Source of the DNA: Wallemia ichthyophaga EXF-994
Taxonomy: Eukaryota; Fungi; Basidiomycota
Reading direction: 5' to 3'
DNA: 124,000 nucleotides
Assembly (NCBI RefSeq): GCF_000400465.1
Contig: NW_008806282.1
Coordinates: 144,001-268,000, forward strand
Shown here: positions 50,964-62,351 of the stretch, in pieces
Position numbering within the stretch: position 1 is the first letter of the stretch
Layout: each line of letters starts with the position of its first letter
Notes under the pieces: model-generated
Seen by the model: only the letters and a program-made list of their open reading frames with translations
The model's database searches: none
What the model was told of the DNA's origin: nothing
Translations under genes and position numbers: made by a program

Positions 50964-52208
50964 CCATATCCATCTCACATGCCATTGCAAGATCTTGGAG
51001 TGTTGGTTTGGCCGGAGTCGGATCGGCGTGGCCGGGGAGGTTGTCGTGGGTGTACTGGGTGTACTGGGTGTCTGGGATTGAAGCCGCAGTCGACATCGGG
51101 GTATCGTGAGAGTCGTTGGTGTTAGTAGAAGCACTGGAAGCAACACTATCGAGTGTGATAGAGGACATTCTCCTTGCGGCGGAATTGCTGTTAAATGAAG
51201 GTGTGCTTTTAGACACACGCATACTCTTTCCGCCTTTCCCCTTCTTGCGCAAAACCTGCGTGGATCTTGCGCGTGGTAGTGTTCTCCCAGCGTACGTTTC
51301 GTCTGGGTAATGTCCGGGTGAGCGGCCTCTGACGACAATAGGCATGCTCTTGGCTTCGCCTATCCGTACTTCTGCGCTATTGTCGAGTTGAGCGTGGAGA
51401 GACACATTGAGGCGAAACATCTCCGACTTTCTGTGGGTGCTCCGTTCGAATTGGATGCGCTCAAACTTGGCTACTTGTGCCTCGCTGTCGTCGCTGTCGT
51501 TGCTTATCAACGCCTGTAGCGGCAAGCGCGATGGAAACCGTTTCGGTCCTTTCTCTCTCGCTGTGGAGAACTGGATCAAGTGAACGGGATCCTCGACAAC
51601 CGCACAGTCGTCGCACATGCTCGCGCTGATACCAACAGAGAACGAGTCTATTGGGTGGTATTGACCATTTATCATGACCAATGGATTGCCAATCTCCTCA
51701 TCGTTCATTTGAATTCGGTTGTTTGGCTGGAGAACAACGCTTGTGCTGATCTGGAAAAAGTTGCGCCGGTATGTCGTGGCTACAGTCTTGTTGGAGTTAT
51801 TTGCCCATATAAATCCCTTATCTACGCGACAGTTGATGACTGGATTGAGGCTGCAGAGGTAGTCAGCGGGGAACTTATCAAAGACACCAGCACCGCCCAC
51901 CCAACAATGTTGTCTTGAAAAGGCATAAAGAGATCATTATACTTGATGCTATTACTGAAAAAGCCAACGTTGTCGTCATCGCGGCTGTTGACACGAAAAG
52001 AGGTGGTGTCTTGGTTATTGTAGTCAGCCAGAGTGAAGCGCTCAAAATCGAGCTGAGCGGTGGGGGAGTAATTTACAGGGTCAAAAGTGGATGATGACGG
52101 AGTATCTGGTGAGTTCCACAAGGCAAAAGACGGCGTAGGTGAGTGGAAGTCGTTGAAATCAAAGCCTTTCCACAATGCACGCTCATCAAATTGGCTGAAA
52201 GGGTTCAC
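50953..52208 (-). CDS. NDT80/PhoG-like DNA-binding transcription factor
   Basis: INCRVDKGF, TYRRNFFQIS, LIQFSTAREKGP, AKFERIQFERST, PIVVRGRSPGHY; intron near 51900-51945. Confidence 0.9.
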
Positions 52209-52450
52209 AAGTGGCGGAGGTTCATTAAGCGTAGATCTTTGAGGTGGCGTCTGAGGCGTTTGGGATGGGCTGGAGAGTGCTCAGAGTGCTGCTAATATGC
52301 TGTGCACCTCACTCACAAGCTCATAAAACTAAGAAAAAGGATTTTTAACACAACGACGGTGGTTAAATGCTAAATATATTCAATTTGTACAATTTTATTT
52401 ATCAGCCGCCCTGGATTGATTTCGTGAAATGTTTGTCACTTGGTCGGGCT

Positions 52451-52462
52451 GAGACGCGTCTC
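52451..52462. promoter_or_regulatory. MCB-containing palindrome GAGACGCGTCTC upstream of DPB2
   Basis: Perfect 12-bp palindrome with ACGCGT core, 20 bp before the ATG of a replication gene. Confidence 0.5.
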
Positions 52463-52482
52463 AAAGCCTTGCAGATACGTCG

Positions 52483-54294
52483 ATGAGCTCGAGCAGCGTA
52501 AATTCACGAGAAATAATTCTGAAAATATTCTCAAAGAAGCACTCACTCTCACTGACACCACAATCACTTGGATTTCTTCAGAATTTATCAGAAACTTATT
52601 CACTCAATTCAACGAATCTAGCAAGCATCGCTGATTCTCTAGCGCTGGCATATCTCAAGCAAGACGACTGCAGCTCCATTGTAGACGCAGATGTACTCAA
52701 GAAGGTATATCTCAATCTTCAGCTCAACTACGCAGGTGGAATATCCACGCTCGATAACGAAGACTACGTCAATGAGGATGAAATTGATCCAAGGAATTAC
52801 TTAAAGATCGTAGACGCTTTCGATATTCCCAGGTACTCGTACGCTGTTGATAACAAATCCTTCGTAAAGCACAACACACACAGCATCGCTGCCCACCCAT
52901 CCAGTCTCTCTCAATTATGGCTCGATAGGTACAACACTATCAAGCAAATCATTCTCCGCAACGAGTTCTTCTCCCCTCCTTCCACCGTCGCCGCCAACAA
53001 CCACGATAGAGACAATTACATGAAAATTACTTCCACCAAGAACCTTCTCGGTAGACACAATCACCGCTTTATGCTCTTTGGTATGCTTTCACAGACTACT
53101 GATGGCAGACACGCCCTCCAAGATCCAGATGGTGTCGTTGTGCTGGATTTGAGTGATGCTGTGAGTTGTTTTAGTGCTCTCTACCTTCTCCTAACTCACT
53201 TGAATAGGTTCCTGGTGAAGGCTTGTTCACTGAAGGCTCTTTTGTTCTCGTAGATGGAGTTTATGAGCTGCTCACAGATGAACCCATCTTCAAAACATAT
53301 GGTATAGGCCATCCTCCATCTGAAAAACGTTCGTCGTCACAAGATGTGCATGGTCATATTGATTTCCTAGGTCTTGGCGGTATTTCACTTAAAGACCAAG
53401 TGGGTTGACGCGCGTTACAATGAGAATCCGCTAACACCACCCAAGAAACTTTACAACAGAATAGAAAAAAGCTTAGATCACATAGGCTTTATAGTGTTAT
53501 CCGACGTATGGCTCAATGAGCTCTCTACACAGACATCACTCAGGCGTTTATTTGAAGGCTACAACAGCGCTTTTAACGACTTCAGACCACTAATGTTCAT
53601 TTTTTGCGGCAATTTCTCCTCACAGCCCATCACCTCTTCTCGTGACATCCGCGAATATCACGACTCGTTCAATAAGCTAGCCGACATAATATGCGAATAC
53701 CCATTGTTAGCACAGCACTCAACATTCGTCTTTGTTCCCGGTCCCAACGATCCATGGAGCTCAGGCACAACGACTACACTCCCTCGCAAGCGCATACCCA
53801 CAACATTCACGCGCACATTCGAAGCTAAAGTGAGTAGGACGTATTTCACCAGCAATCCAACTCGTATACGCTACTTCAGCCAGGAAATAGTGGTATGTCG
53901 CGACGATGCCATGTCGCGGATATTGCGCAACAATGTCAAAGTGAAGGAGGAGAATGGAGAGGATGGGGAGGATATGGATGTCAAGCTGAAAAAGTTTCTC
54001 GTACAGACCGTGATTGATCAGGCACATCTAAGTCCATTCACCATCAATACTCGTCCAGTGCTATGGGAATACGATCATACATTGCGATTGTATCCTATAC
54101 CCACCTCACTCATCCTCGCTGATAAGTATGACAGATATGAGTTGAAGTATGAGGGTTGTAGAGTGTTTAATCCTGGCTCTTTCTCATTCGGTATGCTTGG
54201 AAGCGATACTAGCAACAGCAAACCCAGGTTGTGGAGTGTGTATAGACCATGGAACCAAGAAGTTGAATACTCTGAGTTGCCCGGGGAGGAGTAA
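52483..54294 (+). CDS. DPB2: DNA polymerase epsilon subunit B
   Basis: IFSKKHSLSL, LLGR..FMLFGML, GIGHPPSEKR, VLSDVWL, FVPGPNDPW, SNPTRIRYFSQEIVVCRDD, QAHLSPF..PVLWEYDHTLRLYPIP. Confidence 0.95.
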
Positions 54295-54501
54295 TTGAAG
54301 TTAGTGGTGATGCATTCACTGCACATCCATCGCGATTAGCCAGACTATTTATTCATGTATACCCCTATAAACATTACTGCACTTATGCATTCATCACGCC
54401 TGACTATTTTCACTACCCTCTTCTAACGCAACCCTCGTTTTGGTGCATAAATCGCTTATCGCATCCGTAACGTCATCAACTGCGACCGACAAAACGAGAA
54501 A

Positions 54502-55353
54502 ATGGAGAAATTGCCAGTAGAGCTACTTTGCACGCTTTTAGAGTACTCAGGAGCCCTAGGGCTTACCTGTCGCCACCTAAATCGTCTCAGCAAGGACCTT
54601 AGCATAGTGCATATCGCGGGTCCGAATCCTCCGAATCTCGCACACTTCAACATGGATGGCAAGGGGATGTATGAAATAATGGATAATGAGAAATTTGAGC
54701 GAGATCTGGCAGTTATTTCTGCTGACAGCCTACAAGCATCGAGTGTGAGGTGAGTATTGGATTGTGTGAAAAAGCGTGCGGGTCTTTGACGAGCGATGTG
54801 CAGGCAAATAAGATACAGAGATACAGATAGCGTCAATGAGCGTGTACTAGAGCACCTCAAAAACCTACCTAACCTTACCACGGTGATTATACAATGCACT
54901 AGTGTGCTATCGATGAGTGTGCTGCGCAGGATGCGGAGGCTGCACACTCTGAATGTGAATTCGATAGTATCCGCTAAAGATATCCCCATAAACGACATTC
55001 TCAATCAGTGCCCTGCGCTCAACACACTCACCGTCGATATGATGTTTTACAAGCATTACAGCGAGAACAACCTCAACCAATTGGATGGAGTGATGGTGGG
55101 AAATCATCCAGTGCAGACTGTCGTGCTTAGACATAAGCTGTGCGGCAAGTGCTACTGCGCGCACAATCACAATCCATTCGATCTCGTGGCGGTTTACTTG
55201 CCTACTTGCACTACGAAATCTCTTAGCAACAAGCCACTAGTCTCCTTAGTCAGAGTACACAGCCGGAGCACTCTCGTCGATGTGCTAGCCCGTGCTTATG
55301 GCTGGGAAAGGGAGGAGTGTGCAGTAGAGGAGGAGTTGGCCAAGGCACTGTAG
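54502..55353 (+). CDS. Hypothetical F-box-like/LRR-like protein
   Basis: N-terminal LPVELLCTLLEY..L.LTCRHLN resembles an F-box; then LKNLPNLTTV, MRRLHTLNV, CPALNTLTV repeats; intron 54750..54812. Confidence 0.6.
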
Positions 55354-56136
55354 TGGATTTTCGTCCATTATCTCATCCGCTTCTTCCTATCTCGCTCATA
55401 TCCCCCTCGCGCCCTTTTTTCATCGTTGATTTCGTTAAATTTTGGCAACAAACAAAGCAAATTTCATCGTGTATTAAATTGATTCATTCATTCAGTTTTT
55501 GCTGTTTGTGCGTACCCTTGACGCATCCGCTAGCACAAATGATATTGTGTGCATATGTTCGATTTTCAGAGTAGTTTTTCACCTCTGTTTCTGGAGGTGG
55601 TCTGGAGAACCTGAGCCTCGATATAGATACTTCGCATAATACAATACATGCATTATTACAGTTACTGGTAAATTATGTCTTAATTTAGTCTTAGTTCTCA
55701 ACTAATTCGTCGCCGGGTCACCCAATTATTCCATGGCTTGGACGAAGCTTAAATGTGTGTCTTGACACGGCTTTGAATTTTAAGCAGGTCTAATCTAGCT
55801 CCTTTCCTGAACATAAATTTATGCATTCGTCCTCAGCTGGATTTGATCTGCTTATACCGAGTCGATCTTCTCTCACTTAATCTCAATTCCCCTAAATTCT
55901 TCAATTCTAGCAAAAATCTCATGTATGGAACACATTTTGCGACGCTTGTTTGGATTTTTACACCAAAAAGTATTGCGATGTGGCTTTTCAGATACCGCGA
56001 AGATGGCGTCAGAGGGGGATAATTGTAAATACAGCTATAATACGGATGTAAGAAGGGGGCGCAGCAGTAATAAAAGCAGTTGCTAAAGTACTCATCCTAG
56101 CAACCGATCGAAAGTCCACACTTAAACTCGCACAAG

Positions 56137-56616
56137 ATGCGAATTATTTCAACACCAGACAAAGGCAGGGGAGTATTCGCATCGCAGCCCATCAAAATCG
56201 GGGAGGTAGTTGAGATATCCCCCGTTCTCTTATTCACGAAGGAGGTGAGAAGATGCTTATCGCTCAATGCTAAGGCTAACACTATTCAGGAATACACGCA
56301 GCATGGACAGCACACAGCGCTCGATGACTATACCTTCGTGTGGCCAGATCGGAGTGGGAGGATGGGATTGGCGATGGGGATCGGATCTATGTTCAACCAC
56401 CACAAACAGCCTAATGTGAGTTATAGCATTAACACTCATACGCTCACAATCACATTCAAAACAACACGCCATATAAATATCAACGATGAGTTATGCATTT
56501 CTTACGGCCCTGAATCTAAATTGTGGTGGAGGAATACTCAAGTGGATGATGATGAGGATGATCAAGTTAAGGATATGAGCGAATTAGATCTCTTGCAATG
56601 TGATTATGGTAGTTAA
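56137..56616 (+). CDS. Small single-SET-domain lysine methyltransferase
   Basis: KGRGVFA, VEISPVL, GSMFNHHKQPNVSY, DELCISYG; one intron. Confidence 0.9.
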   Translation: MRIISTPDKGRGVFASQPIKIGEVVEISPVLLFTKEVRRCLSLNAKANTIQEYTQHGQHTALDDYTFVWPDRSGRMGLAMGIGSMFNHHKQPNVSYSINTHTLTITFKTTRHININDELCISYGPESKLWWRNTQVDDDEDDQVKDMSELDLLQCDYGS

Positions 56617-56688
56617 TGTTATTGTTTTGAGTGTGTGTGCGTACGTGGATTTCATTTATTTATTTGGGTATCCTTTGTTTTACTTTGT

Positions 56689-57894
56689 TTAATTTGATGC
56701 TTTATGCTGCGTACTGGTCAACCTCTCCCGTTCGTCATCATCATCTGCCTCGCCTATATCGAATATAGCGTCATTCGAGCCACTCTCTACGGCTTGATCG
56801 CGCATGTTTAGCTCGTCATACTCCATCACTCTGCCTGTCGATGGATCGATTGGCTGGTTGGAGCTTGTGACTTGTTTGTATTTGATGTAGTTGTAGACAC
56901 TTGATTATACTTGTTAGCATGTGTAATAAAAGCAAAACACAAGAACCCACCAAATACCCAAAATAGTGATACACATTCCTGTCACGTTTATTGGGGTTAG
57001 AGTGTCACCAAAAATAGCCGAGCTAATGAATATTGTGAGAAGCTCCTTAAATATTCCTGCGATAGACATGGTGATGATAGATGAGCGCTCTATCAGCTTG
57101 AACTCGGATAGCACCATACCGAAAGCGAGAAAACCAGGTGAGATGATCATCAAGCAGGATTTTAGTGAGTGGAGTGCACCAAATTGGAAGTAATCACTGT
57201 GGAAGATATCCCACCAACTCTCAAATATGACGCTGAGTAGAATTAGACATGCGAACATGACAGGCGCGAGGAAATAAAGAATGATGAGAGGATTCTTCAG
57301 TCCATACTTCTGTTTCTGAAGAAGGATTTGAGTGAGAGACCAACGCAAACCACCCGCGGCTGTAGCGGACATGACTTGAATAGCGCCAGAAAGGACGAAA
57401 GAAGTTTCAGCGCTGACCATCAACACCACACCGATAGCTATAATGACGATAATCACAGCCATTGATAGCGATGGTCTCTCCAATTTGAACAGGAAAGCGA
57501 AGAAAAGGACCCAGATGAGTGAAGAGGACTTGCACATCGTGTAGAAAGTGAGAGTGATCGACTTAAGTGATAAGTTGCTTAAGCCAATGTCTAAAGCTGT
57601 AGCTAGAGCGCAAGGTATAATTCTCTTGCTATAATCTAATAGTGTCATAGGTTCGTTCGTTTTAAGTGCGGGGAATATCTTCAGACCGATAAAGGAGAGG
57701 ATCCACTGCATGAGCATGTGCCAGCTGGTCATGAATAGCGGGAAAGGGAAGCTGGACTGGCTGACGGAGAAGATCCACTTGTTGTAGACAGACAGGCTGA
57801 ATGCGAACGTGTACCAAAGTGAGATGTAAATGAGATTAATGAGCGCATGCCTGAAGTACCAGCTTCTTTTATCGTCTTGATTTTCCAAAGGCAT
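56689..57894 (-). CDS. Triose-phosphate/nucleotide-sugar transporter family (SLC35C2/Ymd8-like)
   Basis: SLSVYNKWIFS..FPFPLFMT, LDIGLSNLSLKSITLTFYTMCKSSSL, GGLRWSLTQIL, SIAGIFKELLTI. Confidence 0.9.
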
Positions 57895-57919
57895 CGTTGT
57901 CAGCAATCAACGAGCACTT

Positions 57920-59368
57920 ATGACAGAACACCCGATCAAGCATGGAGACTTAGAGCTGGAGAACGCCGACGAGTATCCGTGGGTTTCTCGTAGAGTGCAA
58001 TATACCCACTCACATACTCTCAGCACCATTTTCACCACGGAAACAAGGCTCAGGAGAGGATTGTGTCCGGTGACGCAAAATAAACTGAATCCCGCTGAAT
58101 CCCACCAGCTCTACTACGAAGTACACGGCTCAGCTGATCCACAAGCTGAGAAGTTGGTATTCATTATGGGTTTGAATGGTAGTTGCTTCGGCTGGTCCAA
58201 ACAGATCAACAACCTCGCACTCACAGGGAAATATCAGCTGCTAGCCTTCGATAATAGAGCAGTTGGTCACTCAACTGGTCCCAGAGGTCCTTACAGGTTG
58301 GCGTTGCTCCTCCTCAGCCACGTGCACTCCTCTCACACAATTCCAGCACTAGCGGTATGGCAGAGGATGTCATAGTCCTTCTTGACCTACTGGGATGGAC
58401 AAACAGCCGCTCTCTTCACTTAGTTGGAGTTAGTATGGGTGGTATGTAAGTCGTGTCTTCAATTCCAATCCGAAGCTCAATTTCTCTTAGGATTTCACTT
58501 GAGCTGTGCCATAGAATCCACGAACGTATCGCGTCTCTCACTCTCGCAGTCACTAGCAGAGGCTATGGCCCTTTCTGGAATCTACCATCGGTACGTCATC
58601 GATAAGCATGTCTGCTGTCGTTGTAACATCACCGCAGTGGAGAGGTATCTACACCCTCATGTCCTTCTTCACTATCAGTGATAGCGAAAAACTCATTCAG
58701 TCGTACCTAGAACTAGTGTAGGTATTGTACTTCACTCTTTGCAACCGGCTTAGACTTGCTACCCAGATTCCCTATCCATTGGCTCGCTGAGATACGCGAG
58801 AATGACAGCCTTAAACGCACAAATAGAGAATGTGAAAGAGATGTGCGAGGGACCTTGAAAAAAGGTGTCAACCTACTCACACGCCCAACAGCACATGATC
58901 GAAAGAGCCAAATACTCTAGAGAACAAGATCCCTTCGGTGCCATCTCTCAAATGTATGCTGCCTTAGGACACAGCGTGTCTCCAGCCAGAATGAAGTTGA
59001 TTGATCACAATATACCAAAGGTGAGTAGTGAGTTTCGGGGGGAAGGTAGTTGACCTGTGCTATAGATAACTATCGTATCTGGAGATGAAGATTATCTAGT
59101 TGGTGAGTTTAGATGTATTTTTCTGTCTAACTCCCGCCTAATCACTCTCCCTAGACATATCATGTTCAGTTGATCTCAAGAAACACTTGCCAAGGTGGGA
59201 ATGGTTGGACATTAGCTAAGTAGCAGCTAACCCGCAAACAGTGCAACATACACTGTATTTGAAAATACAGGCCACGGTCTCATCGGTCAGCGTCCCTTCA
59301 GATTCAACAAGCTCATCGAGGACACTGTCGCAGAAGGGTCTGAAATAGTTGGCAGGAAAGCCAGGTAG
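57920..59368 (+). CDS. Alpha/beta hydrolase
   Basis: LYYEVHG..KLVFIMGLN, FDNRAVGHS, LVGVSMGGM nucleophile elbow; many introns. Confidence 0.85.
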
Positions 59369-59632
59369 ACCTTCGCTTAAGGAAATAAACACCTTCACTC
59401 ACTCTACCGCTTACTCATTTCATCACGAAAAATTACGCACATACAAGCTATTCACGTGACACGATCCTTTATTGTTAGACATCTATATAGAAATATAAAT
59501 ACTTGATATACCTCCGTCAATAGCTAGAGATAAGCTAGATAGTGAGAAGAAGTGTATTACTTTAGATGCTTATATGCAATCAATGCAGTTGTTTTGATAT
59601 ATGTGATTCACTGAGCCACTTTTATGCCATGT

Positions 59633-61530
59633 TTATGCGGTATTCTTGATAATTGCGTCTAATTCCTGCACTACTTCTGTAGCACTTGGGCGGTGTTTAC
59701 CATCTTGCACCCACATACGTTCGATGAGGTCAAGAACATCACCACCCCACTGCCTCTTGAACTGATTCAGAGACGGTCTGAGTGTGTTGCATTAGATATA
59801 TCACAAAACAAAAGCTCAACGCACCTTTTATGCTTTTGTCCTACCTGATCATAGATGAAATGCTCATTTTGACCTTCCCAGGGATAGCATTTTTTAGTAC
59901 TATGCCACTGCAATATCTCCCAATACACGAGAGCAGTAGCAAAAATATCAACTGAGGCAGTATACGAAGGCTTAGCCGACCACAACTCAGGAGCCTGCCA
60001 GTTGACAGTGCCGACTAGAGACTGGATCATAGATCTGGTACTCTGCTTCACTCTTGCCAGACCGAAATCATTTAACTTAGCTCTACCATTATCGTCTATC
60101 AACACATTACTCGACTTCATATCACGATGTATGACTTGCGGCTTGCATGTGATATGTAGATACTCCAGCCCTCTGGCAATGTCAAGCATAATAAGTAAGG
60201 CTTTCTTGTTCGTTGGGGGTGGATTGTTGCGGAGGTAGTCGAACAAATCGCCATTCTTGCATAATTCACTGATCAGCATCACTGGTGCACCATTTCCAGG
60301 CACTGAGACGCCTATAAACTTGACAATATTGGGATGATTTAATTTTGACAGTACTTGAAGTTCTCTGATATCCATCTCGGTTAATTCTCCACGTATATCT
60401 GCCACTGCGCACTTTTTCTTGCGGATTGATCCTACGTAAACATCTTTGAAACCACCAGAACCTATTCTTTCTTTCTTTTCCACTATCGTAGCCTTGATTT
60501 CCTTATTGACTAATCCAAGTTCCTGTAAATCCAACGCCAGTCCTTCGCTAGTATTGCTCGAACGATGACCTGGTTTGGGAGTAGCTTTAGAGACATCGGT
60601 GGTGTCACTCTGGCGAGCTGTAACAGTGCTTGAAAGGTCTGACAGCACAGCGCGTGTAGGTTTCGTACCTCGACCTTGGCGAGAGCGTTTTTTCTGTGGT
60701 TTGGGTGTGTGCAGGTCGCTATCGATGCTGGCGTTCTCCTCGAAATCCGACACAGCAGTGGTAGAGCTGATTTCTGAAGCGGATGATACGGGAACACTAT
60801 GCATATCCTCCTTATGCAACAGAAGTAATTCAATCAGATCATCTTTAGTGTGGTGTTTTGAATGCTCTATCCCTGAGACATTGCACATTTGTTCCAGTTG
60901 TCGCTTCAGATACCGTTTCAGAGATGATACGGTCTCATCGCGCATATCCACGTCTATATCCGTATCGCTAACGTCATCGGATTGGCGGACGCCGCGCATA
61001 TCTCTATTCTCAGCATCGCTAGAGTGATTGCTAGAGCTTGCGGTAGCGGCAGAATCTTTCTCGCTATCTGCTATGCTCATTAGGGACACGCTCTTTGCAA
61101 AGTCCTCGTCGGGTGTATGTGATGAGTCAATTGAGATTGTACGCGTGCGCAACTGATATCTATTCTGAGGCTGGGAGGAGTTGTTGAGAGACTCCACGCT
61201 TATTTTGTTCATGGCCTTGCGCTTGGCTGCGCGTGTGCGCTTTGCAGTTGCACCTGAGCTTTGGGAGTTAACGTTGCTAACGCTGAGGGGCTTGGTTGAG
61301 TATCCATCTTCGTATTCGTCTTCGGAAGAGAGACTGACGGGATGAACACAGCGCCTGTCTCTGAGCCCGTCTTTCTCGAGGAGTATCTCGATTAGCATTT
61401 CCTTGGTACACGCGCGCAGATCACCGCAGTCTGAGCCCTCAGTCGCACTCGCCGTGAGCATTTCCAGCAGATCAGCCTTCCTGCACCGCCTCAGCTGATC
61501 CTCATGTGATTTCGTTGACATCGTTGACAT
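59633..61530 (-). CDS. Tyrosine-kinase-like (TKL) protein kinase with long N-terminal extension
   Basis: IGSGGFKDVY, VIHRDMKSSNVL, DFGLARVK, VGTVNWQAPELW; last exon RPSATEVVQEL. Confidence 0.92.
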
Positions 61531-61616
61531 CGTTGTCGCTGTGTAACCTCTTATAGACACCCCACCAAGTGCCCAAAAAGTTGTGGCGCGTTTCCAACCT
61601 CTCTAGAATACAGCCG

Positions 61617-62345
61617 ATGCAGACGCGTGATAATCTCATCAGCTTCTCTCCCGTCGACTTCACGCCGCCGCCGCTGCCTATCCGTAGCGGCGGAAGTGGG
61701 AATGTAGGGGGCGTAGGAAGCGCAGCGGATACAGCGGGTACAACAGACACCGCTAGCAACAGAAGAAACAGCATCACGCCTCCTCCACCTCCCCTCCCAC
61801 TCAGGAAAGGGAGCGGTAGCAGCACGTCGAGCATCCATGCCACCGCTAGTGCACTCAGCAGACCTCAGCCAGCTACACCTGCGCCAGCGAGTAAAGTAAA
61901 ATCAAGCATACCCATTATGCCCCCGCCTGCGCGTATCAATAGCCCCGGAAGCAGTCTGCGCGGAGGACCTAGTAATACGTCACTAAATAGAATAACCGAA
62001 CGGAGTCGATCGGGCAGTGTAAATAGCACATCTAGCACACCACAATCAATACGCAATTCTCCTGCTCCTAGCTCGATATTCAAATTGACGCAGCCGACTC
62101 CTATCGACAAAATCCGCTATCAGAGTCTGTATAACAGACTTATGGAAAGGCAAAGTAAGGCAAGCGATAGGGGTGCGTTGGATGTCAGAATAGTGAGAAG
62201 AGTTTGGAAAGCTTCAAAATTAGATAATGTATACTTGGACACTCTCTACAACAACTGCAACACACCAAACAAAGAAATGGATGCAAATACATTCACCAAA
62301 TCATTAGCCACTATAGATTCGGAGCTGAGACGACGCAAGTCATAG
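61617..62345 (+). CDS. Pro-rich protein with C-terminal EH-like domain (Irs4/Tax4-like)
   Basis: PPPLP.R repeats; C-terminal RYQSLYN...IVRRVWKASKLDNVYLDTLYN...MDANTFTKSLATIDSELR. Confidence 0.55.
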   Translation: MQTRDNLISFSPVDFTPPPLPIRSGGSGNVGGVGSAADTAGTTDTASNRRNSITPPPPPLPLRKGSGSSTSSIHATASALSRPQPATPAPASKVKSSIPIMPPPARINSPGSSLRGGPSNTSLNRITERSRSGSVNSTSSTPQSIRNSPAPSSIFKLTQPTPIDKIRYQSLYNRLMERQSKASDRGALDVRIVRRVWKASKLDNVYLDTLYNNCNTPNKEMDANTFTKSLATIDSELRRRKS

Positions 62346-62351
62346 CTAAAA

